NCBI GenBank assembly: GCA_044450345.1
Contig: JBIOIY010000001.1
Coordinates: forward strand, 96,001 to 160,000
Direction: 5' to 3'
DNA from: Thermodesulfovibrionales bacterium
GTDB taxonomy: Bacteria; Nitrospirota; Thermodesulfovibrionia; Thermodesulfovibrionales; UBA6898
DNA length: 64,000 bases
Part shown: piece after piece, positions 30,084 through 39,549 of the stretch
Layout: each line of letters starts with the position of its first letter
Numbering within the stretch: the first letter of the stretch is position 1
The notes under the pieces: model-generated
Seen by the model: the letters and a program-made list of their open reading frames with translations, nothing else
Told to the model about the DNA's origin: nothing
The model's database searches: none
Program-made: the position numbers and the translations under genes

Positions 30084-31604
30084 TCAGAGGGCCCTCCATA
30101 CGCGACCATCCTTCGCGATAAGCGCATCCGCCTCAGCCGGACCCGATGTGCCTGCCGCATAGTTCGGGAACTTCATAACATCCGTACCGGCGTCCAGCCA
30201 TTCGAGAAGAGGCGAAAGTATTTCCCAAGCCTGTTCCACGCCGTCCTCCCTCACAAAGAGCATCTGATCGCCCTCCATACAGTCGAGCAATATCCTCTCA
30301 TAATCGTTCAGAGAAGATATCTTGCGGTAGACAAAGTCCATAGTCGAAGTACTGAGACAGACTCTCGTGCCCTGCGTTTTTGTCTGAAAAATGAGATTGA
30401 TACCTTCGTCGGGCTGGACCCTGAGCACAATCGTATTCGGCTCTATTCTTTCTTCAAGCGTACTTTCGAACATAAGATGCGGCACTGACTTGAACTGCAC
30501 CGATATCTCGGCCTTTCTCTTCGAAAGTCTCTTCCCGGAACGGAGATAGAAGGGCACGCCGTTCCACCTCCAGTTGTCGATATGGACCTTGAGAGCAGCA
30601 TAGGTGGGTGTGACCGAATCCGCCGGTATCCCGGGCTCGCTTCTGTACCCGATGGCCTTTTTTCCCTCAATCTCACCCTCTCCGTATTGGCCGACTACCA
30701 GAAAATCTTCCACCCCTTTCAGGGGAAAAGGCCTGATAGAGCTGAACACCTTCATCCTTTCGTCCCTCACACGCTCGGCCTCGAAGGCCGCCGGAGGTTC
30801 CATCGCTGTCAGGGCCAGGAGCTGAAACAGATGGTTCTGGAACATGTCCCTTATCACTCCCGCCCTGTCGTAGTAACCCGCCCTGTGTTCCACTCCAAGC
30901 GTCTCGGCAACGGTTATTTGTATGTGGTCTATGTACCTCCTGTCCCACAGGGGCTCGAAAACCGCGTTCGCGAACCTGAACATAAGGATATTCTGCACGG
31001 TCTCTTTTGCAAGGTAGTGGTCCATCCGGTAAACCTGCTTTTCCGAGAAGGAGCTTCTCAAAAACGTATTCAGTCTTCTCGCAGAGGGGAGATCATGACC
31101 GAACGGCTTCTCAACAATTATTCGCGTATGTCCCCCTTCTTCGATGGAAAGTCCGGCTTCACCAAGGTTGACTATCACAGGCTCGTATGCTTCGGGGGGG
31201 ATAGCAAGATAGAAGATGCGGTTGCCCAAAGTCTCACATTCTTTCTCGATTTTTGCGATCGACTCCTTCATTGCCCTGTACATATCGACCCGATCGTATT
31301 CCACTCTCACAAAATACAGTTTACTTTCAAATGCGGTCCAGGCACCGGCGTCGAAATCCTCCGGAAATGCCGCTTGCACCGCATCCCGCATCATCGTACG
31401 AAAGGTCGAGTGGTCCAGCTCAGTCCTCGCAGCACCCAATATAAAAAACCTTTTGGGAAGCAACTCGTCTTTGCTGAGACGGTAAAGAGACGGGATGATC
31501 TTCCTTTTCGAAAGGTCTCCGGACGCGCCGAAAAGGATAAGACAGAATGGCTCCGGAATATGCAATTCGCAATCGTTTACGATTTTAATGCGGCCGGGAT
31601 CCAT
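30084..31604 (-). CDS. zwf: Glucose-6-phosphate 1-dehydrogenase
   Basis: FGASGDL, EKPFG, RMDHYLAKE, RDMFQNH, PFYLRSGK. Confidence 0.97.
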   Translation of the reverse strand: MDPGRIKIVNDCELHIPEPFCLILFGASGDLSKRKIIPSLYRLSKDELLPKRFFILGAARTELDHSTFRTMMRDAVQAAFPEDFDAGAWTAFESKLYFVRVEYDRVDMYRAMKESIAKIEKECETLGNRIFYLAIPPEAYEPVIVNLGEAGLSIEEGGHTRIIVEKPFGHDLPSARRLNTFLRSSFSEKQVYRMDHYLAKETVQNILMFRFANAVFEPLWDRRYIDHIQITVAETLGVEHRAGYYDRAGVIRDMFQNHLFQLLALTAMEPPAAFEAERVRDERMKVFSSIRPFPLKGVEDFLVVGQYGEGEIEGKKAIGYRSEPGIPADSVTPTYAALKVHIDNWRWNGVPFYLRSGKRLSKRKAEISVQFKSVPHLMFESTLEERIEPNTIVLRVQPDEGINLIFQTKTQGTRVCLSTSTMDFVYRKISSLNDYERILLDCMEGDQMLFVREDGVEQAWEILSPLLEWLDAGTDVMKFPNYAAGTSGPAEADALIAKDGRVWRAL

Positions 31605-31710
31605 AAGGCAATTGTATCAGAATTCAAAGACATCTTGAAGCTTCCCCGTAAGATATTGAGAAAGTGCGGTACGGGACTTTATTTGAGCGGTTAGGTGACG
31701 GCAGCTAACG

Positions 31711-33498
31711 CTACGTCTTATCGACAACGATATCTGTCTTGATATGAAGTTCGCGGAGCTGTTTGGGATCGACTGTCGAAGGCGCACCTGACATCATGCA
31801 GAACGCCTTCTGGGTCTTCGGAAAGGCGATCACGTCTCTTATTGAAGATGCCCCTACCATCAGCATCACGAGCCTGTCGAGTCCCAGCGCAAGCCCGCCG
31901 TGCGGAGGCGCGCCGTACTGCAACGCGTCAAGGAGAAAACCGAATTTCACCCTCGCATCCTCCTCGGTGATCCCCAAAATTTCGAACATCCTCCTCTGTA
32001 TCTCCGGCCTGTGGATACGGATGCTCCCCCCGCCGATCTCGTAACCGTTCAGCACTATATCATAGGCCTTAGCCTTCAAAGAAGAAAGCACGACTTTATC
32101 GTCCGCCTTCCCTTCGGTCATCTTACCGATATCTCCGTCGAGGGGAGAAGTAAACGGGTGGTGCATCGCCTGGAACCTTTCTTCTTCGTCGGCCCATTCA
32201 AGGAGAGGAAAATCGAGTACCCATGCAAACCTGAACCCTTCCTGCACGAGATTCAGTTTCTTCCCGAGTTCCAGTCTCATGCGGCTCAGGACATCGTAGA
32301 CCACCTTTGCCTTGTCGGCGACGAAGAGCATCAAATCGCCTTCCTCTGCCTCCAGTCTGGCCGAAATTTCCCTCAGCGCATCTTCCGGGAAAAATTTGGC
32401 AATCGGTGACTCGAACCCGTTTTTCACCTTTATCCATGCAAGCCCCTTCGCCCCAAAGGACTGGGCCTCGGCAGTGAGCGTATCTATCTCTTTTCTCGAC
32501 AGCCCCGCCATTCCCTTGCCGTTGATCGCCTTCACCATGCCCCCGCTCTGAAGAGCATCCAGAAAAACCTTGAACGTCCCCCTGGCGGCTAGATCGGCCA
32601 TGTCCTTCAACTCGAGGCCGAACCTGAGATCGGGCTTGTCGTTGCCGAACCTGTCCATGGACTCCTGATAACCCAGCCTCTGGAATGGTATTTCGATCTC
32701 GACATCGAGGACATTCTTGAAGAGCCTCTTCATCATTCCTTCGATGAGAGAGAGGACATCCTCTCTATTGATAAACGACATCTCAAGATCGACCTGGGTA
32801 AATTCCGGCTGGCGGTCGGCCCGGAGGTCTTCGTCGCGGAAACACTTCACTATCTGAAAATACTTTTCCATGCCGGCGACCATCAGTATCTGTTTGAAAA
32901 GCTGGGGAGATTGGGGCAACGCATAAAAATGTCCCGGGTTCAGACGGCTCGGCACGAGGTAATCGCGAGCGCCCTCGGGAGTGGACTTCGTAAGCATGGG
33001 GGTCTCGATCTCGATGAAGCCCTTCTCATCGAGGAAGTCCCTCATGGCCTTCGCGGCGCGGTGGCGCACGATCAGGTTCCGCTGCATCTCGGGTCTTCTC
33101 AGGTCGAGATACCGGTGTTTCAGCCGCAGGGCCTCACCTGCCTCCGCTGCTTCTTCCATACTATACGGCAGAGGCGCCGATTCGTTCAATACCTCAAAGG
33201 TCTGCACGTACAACTCGACCATGCCGGTCGGCATATTCGTGTTTTCAGTGCCTTCGGGCCTTCTCCTAATCTCTCCCGAGACCGTGATTACATATTCAGA
33301 CCGCAGGTCGTGGGCCCTCTCATGAGCCTCTGCCGCGACATCCGGGCTGAACACCACCTGGCATATGCCGCTTCTGTCCCTCAGGTCTATAAATATGAGT
33401 CCGCCGTGGTCCCTCCGTCTGAAGACCCATCCGGCGATGGTCATCGCGGAATTTATATCTGTCTCGCGGATTTCACCGCATCCCTTACTGCGAATCAT
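31711..33498 (-). CDS. aspS: Aspartate-tRNA ligase, probably non-discriminating (Asp/Asn)
   Basis: [33 protein letters not shown]; His in RRDHG and Gly in RPEG fit ND type; ATGA overlap with rluB. Confidence 0.97.
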   Translation of the reverse strand: MIRSKGCGEIRETDINSAMTIAGWVFRRRDHGGLIFIDLRDRSGICQVVFSPDVAAEAHERAHDLRSEYVITVSGEIRRRPEGTENTNMPTGMVELYVQTFEVLNESAPLPYSMEEAAEAGEALRLKHRYLDLRRPEMQRNLIVRHRAAKAMRDFLDEKGFIEIETPMLTKSTPEGARDYLVPSRLNPGHFYALPQSPQLFKQILMVAGMEKYFQIVKCFRDEDLRADRQPEFTQVDLEMSFINREDVLSLIEGMMKRLFKNVLDVEIEIPFQRLGYQESMDRFGNDKPDLRFGLELKDMADLAARGTFKVFLDALQSGGMVKAINGKGMAGLSRKEIDTLTAEAQSFGAKGLAWIKVKNGFESPIAKFFPEDALREISARLEAEEGDLMLFVADKAKVVYDVLSRMRLELGKKLNLVQEGFRFAWVLDFPLLEWADEEERFQAMHHPFTSPLDGDIGKMTEGKADDKVVLSSLKAKAYDIVLNGYEIGGGSIRIHRPEIQRRMFEILGITEEDARVKFGFLLDALQYGAPPHGGLALGLDRLVMLMVGASSIRDVIAFPKTQKAFCMMSGAPSTVDPKQLRELHIKTDIVVDKT

Positions 33499-34226
33499 GC
33501 CGCCTCCCATAGATGCAATTCCTTGCCGATCTTTTTCAATTCTTCCTGCGTGAGACGCCTGAACGCGCCCGGACCGAGTTCTCCCATCTCAAGACCGTTG
33601 ATCCTCACCCTCATCAGCCTTATGACAGGGTGCCCTACCCGTTCGAGCATCTTCCTGATCTGGCGCTTCCTGCCTTCGTATATAGTCATTTCGAGCCAGG
33701 AATTGTTCTCCGTCTTCCTGAGACGCTTCACCTTAGCGGGCGCGGTCATGACCCCGTCCAGCTTCATGCCCTTAGATAACTTTTCGATGTCTCCGTCCTC
33801 GAGGACCCCCTTGACCTTGACAAGATAGGTCTTCGGTATCTTCTTCGAAGGATGGAGGATAGCGTAGGCCAATTCGCCATCGTTAGTCAGGATGAGCATG
33901 CCTTCGGAATCATAATCGAGCCTTCCGACAGGGTAGACCCTCTGCTTGATCCCCCTAAGAAAATCATTCACCGTAGGCCTACCCTCCGGGTCGCTCATCG
34001 AGGTGACTACACCGCGTGGTTTGTTGAATATGTAATAGACCTTTTTTTCAGGCTGGGTCAGCAGCTTGCGGTCCACCTTGATGTGGTCCCTGAGCGGGTC
34101 GGCCTTCATCCCAATGACCGCGACCTGACCGTTTACCGTGACCCTCCCCTCTATAATCAATTCCTCTGCCTTCCTGCGGGAGGCGATGCCCATCTCTGCG
34201 ATGATCTTCTGAAGTCTCTGTTCCAT
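33495..34226 (-). CDS. rluB: RsuA/RluB-family pseudouridine synthase
   Basis: RLQK..SRRKAE S4 domain, [23 protein letters not shown]. Confidence 0.9.
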   Translation of the reverse strand: MEQRLQKIIAEMGIASRRKAEELIIEGRVTVNGQVAVIGMKADPLRDHIKVDRKLLTQPEKKVYYIFNKPRGVVTSMSDPEGRPTVNDFLRGIKQRVYPVGRLDYDSEGMLILTNDGELAYAILHPSKKIPKTYLVKVKGVLEDGDIEKLSKGMKLDGVMTAPAKVKRLRKTENNSWLEMTIYEGRKRQIRKMLERVGHPVIRLMRVRINGLEMGELGPGAFRRLTQEELKKIGKELHLWEAA

Positions 34227-34384
34227 AGGATATAAATAATACCATAAAGCTGGAGTTTTTCAGGGGATTTGGGATACTATCACTAAATTTCGGTATGGGT
34301 AATATGAACAGTCTTTGGGGGCGCCACAACGCTCCGCAGGTACCGTCTTACCTGATCATTCGTCGCTATCTACGGACTTCCCCA

Positions 34385-34834
34385 TTACTCGTCCCTCTCC
34401 TCCCCTTCGTTGCCGGGCGGCGGGAAGACTTTTTCTTCACGTTCCGAAGGACTCATCATTTCATGCTTTTCCTGACAGTCGACGCACCGTAGCGCAAAGG
34501 GCATCGCATTCAGTCTTCCTAAAGGGATATCCTCCTCACATTCATCACAGATGCCATATGTGCCTTCTTCTATCTTACGAAGGGCTTCTTCTATGTCTCT
34601 TAATTGCGACTGGTGTCGGGTCAATTTCGCGGCCTGCATTGCGTCCCTGAACGCAACATCCGCAAAATCCCCATCGTCGGAAACGCCGTTATACTTATCT
34701 TTTTCGTTCAGAATCTGATCTACTTCCGCTTTTGCCTCCAGGAGAATATCCCTTCGCATTCCGATCAATTTCCTTCGTACGCTGTCGAATTTATCGGCCC
34801 GCTCTTTATGCTTGACACCCTTATTCATTTCCAT
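34385..34834 (-). CDS. TraR/DksA C4 zinc-finger protein
   Basis: DFADVA coiled-coil tip, YGICDEC...RLNAMP..RCVDC. Confidence 0.9.
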   Translation of the reverse strand: MEMNKGVKHKERADKFDSVRRKLIGMRRDILLEAKAEVDQILNEKDKYNGVSDDGDFADVAFRDAMQAAKLTRHQSQLRDIEEALRKIEEGTYGICDECEEDIPLGRLNAMPFALRCVDCQEKHEMMSPSEREEKVFPPPGNEGEERDE

Positions 34835-35023
34835 ACCTTTCTATGAGTACCGGAAAATACGGACAAACCAGACAGCAACAAAGACCTGTGTGGTTCATAG
34901 TATAACAGTTTTCACGATTGCCGATACAAATAATGCCAGCGAGGAGGCGATGCATTGCCCGATCTTCTCAGCATTTTTTTTGTCCTGCTTTTTTTGCAAC
35001 GGACAAAATATCGCGTAGAGAAG

Positions 35024-35158
35024 TGAAGAACCCTGCGGCACCAACAGTAGGGGCCTTAGGCCAGACCGCAGGGTATCTTAACGCAAGGATATCTTTTTAT
35101 CATATTCGCTCGCCAACCCCGCAGCAATCAACGGGGAATGCGCTCGCTATCCGTTTCA
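35024..35158 (+). mobile_element. Small non-autonomous palindromic element, copy 1 (with 22-nt insertion)
   Basis: TGAA...TTCA ends; similar to the reverse complement of 41149-41261. Confidence 0.7.
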
Positions 35159-35335
35159 CTTTACAGATATCTTCATGCCTTCCCTGAGCGCCCCGTCCAG
35201 ACCGATCTCGTTGCCCCACTCGTCATAGGTCTTCTTCTGACCTATCTCGCCGAGCAGTCCTGCACCTATCAGGGCGTGCCTGACCGTCATGCCCGTCAGG
35301 ACGTCGACAGGAATATCATTCACATACACTTTCAT
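35156..35335 (-). CDS. 59-aa ThiS/ubiquitin-like (beta-grasp-like) protein
   Basis: Own translation MKVYVNDIPVDVLTGMTVRHALIGAGLLGEIGQKKTYDEWGNEIGLDGALREGMKISVK; 38 nt after nucleotidase stop; absent from the ORF track. Confidence 0.7.
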   Translation of the reverse strand: MKVYVNDIPVDVLTGMTVRHALIGAGLLGEIGQKKTYDEWGNEIGLDGALREGMKISVK

Positions 35336-35373
35336 CGCATCTTTAATAACGTATCACGGGACAGGCAAAACCC

Positions 35374-36912
35374 TCAGTAGGCTTCCTTAATCCTGCCCTC
35401 GACCGCGGGCTCAATCCTCTTGTGCTCCTTAATGTATTCGATAACCGCGTCCCTCAGCCATCTCCCCGAATCGTTGTACACGAGTCTCCCGCCTTTCATC
35501 ATGCCGCCGACTGCCGCAAAGTCCTTTGACTCTCTGACCGCAGCGCCAAACACTGTATATCCGTCGCCCCCTGCCGCGAGGAAGTCGTTCGTTGCAACGA
35601 CATATTCTCTGCCGGGATCGGCCTGACGTCCATCGACGACGATCTCCCGGACCCTCGACCCCGCCGGCGCGGATGGATCAAAAGAAAAAACAATGCCTGA
35701 CACCTGGGGGAATCTTCCCTCGCCTTGTTCGATCGCAGACACACCATGTTCCAGCGCCTGCCTGAGCTGAGTACCCGTCAGCTTGACGGCGACGACATAA
35801 TTGTCGAAGGGCAGAACCGAATAGACGTCCTTCACCCGTATCGGACCTCTGTTGATACTGGTCCTTATCCCGCCGCCGTTTATTATTGCGGCATCGGCTC
35901 CCGACATCTGCCTCATGATGTCGGCAATGAGGTCCCCGAGATTTGTTTCTCTCTTCCTGACGTTCTCGCCGTCGAGGTCGACCCCAGCCGTTCCGATAAC
36001 TTCACCGAGAGCGGCATCGGCCTTCCTTTCATATTTATCGACTATCGCAATTACCGTCTTGTCCTCTCTTCCAGGGGAGGGTACGATCTCATCAAGTCTT
36101 CCTGTAAATCCGACGACCTTACCGTCCTCGACGGAAAGATCGAGCACTCCGAGCGCCTTTCCATGCTCCCACGCCTGAACTATAATCGTATCGCCAACAG
36201 TCGCGGGCCTGTCCAATTTTGTGTGAGAATGCCCCCCTACGATAACATTTATCCCCTTTATGTCTTCGGCAAGCGCCCTGTCTGCGGCATACCCTGTATG
36301 GGAGAGTACGATTATGACATCGACGGTTCCCTTCAGTTCTCCCGTATACCTGAGTACCGACTCTGCGGGTGATTTAAATTTCAGTCCCGCTACATTCCTG
36401 GGATGGGTCGCTATCGGGGTGTCTTCAGTCACCACGCCTATTATCCCCACTCTCAGGCCGCCTATTTCTCTTACCACATAGGGTTTGAGTGAACCAAGAC
36501 CCTCGACGTTTGCGCCGAGCACAGGAAATTTTGCCTCGGCTATCCTTTTCCTGAGAACATCCTGCCCGAAGTCGAATTCATGATTGCCCACTACCATCGC
36601 ATCGAATCTCATAGCGTTCATCATCTCGATAGCGGACCCTCCCTTGAAAAAGTTCGCCCAGTTGTTGCCCTGTATCATGTCTCCCGCGGCCAGCAGGAGC
36701 GACGGCATCTCTGCGCGGAGCCTCCGGACTTCACCGGCAAGATATGCGATGCCCCCTTGAAGCTCATCAGAACCGAGCGGCTTGTACGGCTCTGCAAAGC
36801 CGTGAAAATCATTCACATAAAGTATCCTGAGGACATGCTGTTCACCCCCTGCCGGTGTAAGAAAAAAAAAGAAAAGCATCAACGAAATCAAAACCGGTAT
36901 AAACCGCTTCAT
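35374..36912 (-). CDS. Secreted 5'-nucleotidase / metallophosphoesterase
   Basis: Signal peptide; NDFHG, AGD, GNHEFD, SHTG, GGHSH, NGGGIR, LPFDN, GGDGY. Confidence 0.94.
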   Translation of the reverse strand: MKRFIPVLISLMLFFFFLTPAGGEQHVLRILYVNDFHGFAEPYKPLGSDELQGGIAYLAGEVRRLRAEMPSLLLAAGDMIQGNNWANFFKGGSAIEMMNAMRFDAMVVGNHEFDFGQDVLRKRIAEAKFPVLGANVEGLGSLKPYVVREIGGLRVGIIGVVTEDTPIATHPRNVAGLKFKSPAESVLRYTGELKGTVDVIIVLSHTGYAADRALAEDIKGINVIVGGHSHTKLDRPATVGDTIIVQAWEHGKALGVLDLSVEDGKVVGFTGRLDEIVPSPGREDKTVIAIVDKYERKADAALGEVIGTAGVDLDGENVRKRETNLGDLIADIMRQMSGADAAIINGGGIRTSINRGPIRVKDVYSVLPFDNYVVAVKLTGTQLRQALEHGVSAIEQGEGRFPQVSGIVFSFDPSAPAGSRVREIVVDGRQADPGREYVVATNDFLAAGGDGYTVFGAAVRESKDFAAVGGMMKGGRLVYNDSGRWLRDAVIEYIKEHKRIEPAVEGRIKEAY

Positions 36913-36960
36913 TAAAACCCCCGCACAAAGATAATTTCTTTACACTATAAAATAAATGAA

Positions 36961-37119
36961 AGGATGTGGAAAAGTCATTGAACCCCGCCTCTCCCCCTCT
37001 TAAGATAAGAGGGGGTTAAGGGGAGTTATGATTTCTGAAGGGGGACACAGAGGGGTGGATTCCCGTTTTCACGGGAATGACATCTAAGGGCCGAAATAGA
37101 TTTTTTCAACAACCTGCTA
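36961..37119. repeat. MITE-like composite with nested REP families
   Basis: Imperfect inverted ends AGGATGTGGAAAAGTC / GATTTTTTCAACAACCT enclosing CCCCCTCTT-AAGAT-AAGAGGGGG and ATTCCC-N8-GGGAATGAC. Confidence 0.6.
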
Positions 37120-37184
37120 AAGATAGAGACATGCGCCGAAATCGGGGAGATTCATTCGGACAGATGCACTCTCTGCATCGTTTC

Positions 37185-37231
37185 AAAAAAAGAAAGGGCG
37201 TACCTCATATAAGGCACGCCCTTCTTTTTTT
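37185..37231. terminator. Bidirectional-looking intrinsic terminator downstream of the zinc-ribbon gene
   Basis: A tract, AAGGGCGTACCT-CATATA-AGGCACGCCCTT, T tract. Confidence 0.8.
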
Positions 37232-37242
37232 CTTCTTCTTAG

Positions 37243-37259
37243 GAGACCCGACCGGTCTC
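37243..37259 (-). promoter_or_regulatory. Putative bacterial SECIS hairpin
   Basis: GAGACC-GGUCG-GGUCUC; loop begins 22 nt after in-frame UGA at 37278-37276. Confidence 0.65.
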
Positions 37260-37449
37260 AGCAACCCCTGGGGCTTCAGCCGCCGCCCGAAAACAGACTG
37301 CTCATCTCCGAAAAACTAAGGGCACCTGACAATTTCAGCTGCTTCTCGCCGCATTTCGGACAGGCCTCCTTTTGAAGTTCAAGATCATTGTCGAGCGCTG
37401 TTGCAAACTCGCTCCCGCATTTCTGACATTTACACCTGTTATATGACAT
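37258..37449 (-). CDS. FmdB-like zinc-ribbon protein, probable selenoprotein (63 aa, Sec58)
   Basis: AAGGAGG RBS, CxxC..CxxC, C-terminus SGGG-UGA-SPRGC-UGA, SECIS-like hairpin, terminator. Confidence 0.72.
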
Positions 37450-37484
37450 CACGTAATCCTCCTTAATAAACCAAATGTTACCTA

Positions 37485-37509
37485 GTTGCACTGTTGCACA
37501 ATTATAACA
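37485..37509 (-). promoter_or_regulatory. Extended -10 promoter with tandem GTGCAAC repeats
   Basis: TGTTATAAT on minus strand (37509-37501) followed by GTGCAAC x2. Confidence 0.5.
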
Positions 37510-37820
37510 TACTTCTTCCGTAAAATCACTCTTCTTCTCCGCCCCTTCATTTTTAGACTCTAATTCTTCACCCTTCAACGGACAAACCCGGTCCTTAAAA
37601 AACTCATACTACAGCAGCGGCACAGCAACAAGCGTCAGGACGATCGCCGCAACGGCACCGAACATAATCACGGAGGATCTCACGTATGTGCCCTTCTGCA
37701 TAGCAGGCACCATTCGCACAGCCAACGCCGACATGACGTAGATGATGGCAAATGGAGGAATTGCGGAATGGCTTATATTGCAAAAGCCCGGGGATATGTG
37801 GAAAATGTATAGGTAACACA

Positions 37821-38966
37821 ATGAAAAAACTTTTTTTAATCACCATTATCATACTCACTGCGGCAATGCCACTTTCTGCTGAAAAAACAGCGGACGTGTC
37901 TTTGAGGTATAGCAGACAGGACACAGCAGTGCGCATCGTACTCGAGGCGGGTGAAGACCTCATAAAGAACTCTAAAATCTCGGTTTCCTTGGCTGCAATA
38001 AAAGTAGATTTTCCCCTCGCGTTCGAGATCATAAAACCGAAGGATTTTTTCTATGAGACTGCAAAAAAGGACCGTTCCTTTTACATCTTTTTGAAAGACG
38101 TCACCGATGTAAAATCATACCGGCTTGCCGGTCCGTCGAGACTCGTTTTCGATCTCACACTGGTCGCAAAGGCCCAGAAAGAGGCGGCGCCGAGACCCGA
38201 CCAGAAGACCGTTCAATCAACAGGACCTCTGGTGAGCCCCGGGCCTCCGGCCCCGCAGCCGCCCCAGGCCGGGCAGAAACAGCAGCCTGCACCGTCAACA
38301 GGACCTCTGGTGAGCCCCGGGCCTCCGGCCCTGCAGCCGCCCCAGGCCGGGCAGAAACAGCAGCCCGCACCGTCGCCTGCCCAACCGGCGGAAAAGACTC
38401 GTAAAAGAAAAGTGATCGTCCTTGACCCTGGTCACGGCGGCTACGATTATGGCATCATATCTCAGGACGCCAGGGAGAAGGATGTCAACCTCGCCTTATC
38501 AAAAGACCTGAGCGCAGCAATGGCAAAGAAGGGGTTGACGGTCTTTCTTGACCGCAAGGTCGACCAGTCGGTTTCACTCAGCGAAAGAATACATTTTTCG
38601 AACGCCAAGAACCCCGATATTTTCATCAGCATCCACGCTGCCTCATGGAACGGCTTCGCGATCTATGTCTCTTCGGCCGAAGACGTAAATATCGACGCGG
38701 CGGCCAGGCTCTACAGCCTATCATCACGACAGATCAAGTATCTCGCCGGCAGCAAAGAGGCTGCAAGGGTGATCGCTGACAGTCTGAAAAAAGAATTCAA
38801 CGTCGAAGTAGTAATGAGAGAACTGTCCCTGCCCGTCCTCAATTCTCTCAATGCACCGGCAATTATGATAGAATATCCTTCCCTGAAATCGTACGCGTCA
38901 GACCAAAAAATGCGCGAAAGGTTTGTCGGTTCAATCATGAAAGGCATCGCCGCTTATGAACAATAA
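37821..38966 (+). CDS. N-acetylmuramoyl-L-alanine amidase (Amidase_3)
   Basis: Signal peptide, RLVFD, Pro/Gln linker, DPGHGG, EKDVNL, ISIH, IMIE. Confidence 0.92.
   Translation: MKKLFLITIIILTAAMPLSAEKTADVSLRYSRQDTAVRIVLEAGEDLIKNSKISVSLAAIKVDFPLAFEIIKPKDFFYETAKKDRSFYIFLKDVTDVKSYRLAGPSRLVFDLTLVAKAQKEAAPRPDQKTVQSTGPLVSPGPPAPQPPQAGQKQQPAPSTGPLVSPGPPALQPPQAGQKQQPAPSPAQPAEKTRKRKVIVLDPGHGGYDYGIISQDAREKDVNLALSKDLSAAMAKKGLTVFLDRKVDQSVSLSERIHFSNAKNPDIFISIHAASWNGFAIYVSSAEDVNIDAAARLYSLSSRQIKYLAGSKEAARVIADSLKKEFNVEVVMRELSLPVLNSLNAPAIMIEYPSLKSYASDQKMRERFVGSIMKGIAAYEQ
38217..38372 (+). repeat. In-frame 78-bp tandem duplication in amidase linker
   Basis: Two copies (38217-38294, 38295-38372) of STGPLVSPGPPA(P/L)QPPQAGQKQQPAP. 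Confidence 0.95.
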
Positions 38967-39549
38967 AAAAATCTGGGCCGTACTGGTCGTCTTATTCTTT
39001 CTGGCAGGTGCGTCGGGCGGCTACTTTCTCTTTCATAAATTCGCTGCAAAGGAGATTCCCCCGTCCCAGGCGTCTCTTCAGGGAGACGTTCCCCCGGGTA
39101 CTGAGGATGTCGTTGCGCTCAGACTTTATTACCCCGTCGACAACCGGATAGACCTGGTCGAAAAAAAAGTGCCGAGGAGGACAAAGCAGATGGCAATGGC
39201 AGGCGCCGTCATCGAGGAATACTTCAAGGGTCCCGGCAACGACAAATCTTCCCGGATCCCCCAGAACGTAAAACTGCTCGGTCTATACAAAGACTCTTCA
39301 CAGATGCTGTATGTGGACCTTTCCGATGAACTGCGCAGAAATTTTCAGGGCGACGCATTGACCGAATATCTTCTTCTTAAGGGCCTATACGAAAGCCTTA
39401 TCTCGAACCTCCAGGATGTCCAGGATATCAAGATACTCATTGAAGGGAAAGAGGCCGAAACGCTGGGAGGTCATCTCTATCTTAAGTATCCCTTAAAGAA
39501 CACCGTGGTTTATGAGTATAAAGGCGACTCAAAGGTCTCCGATGATTGA
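38956..39549 (+). CDS. GerMN domain protein
   Basis: N-terminal TM, LYYP, KGP, IPQNVKLL, YVDLS, ILIEGK..TLGGH; usual amidase-GerMN-murI-rph context. Confidence 0.85.
   Translation: MNNKKIWAVLVVLFFLAGASGGYFLFHKFAAKEIPPSQASLQGDVPPGTEDVVALRLYYPVDNRIDLVEKKVPRRTKQMAMAGAVIEEYFKGPGNDKSSRIPQNVKLLGLYKDSSQMLYVDLSDELRRNFQGDALTEYLLLKGLYESLISNLQDVQDIKILIEGKEAETLGGHLYLKYPLKNTVVYEYKGDSKVSDD

Noticed and set aside
30582..31694. 370-aa plus-strand ORF
   Set aside because: Antisense shadow of zwf with no recognisable motifs.
37450..37578. 43-aa N-terminal extension of the zinc-ribbon ORF
   Set aside because: Spans the promoter; a strong RBS supports the start at 37449.
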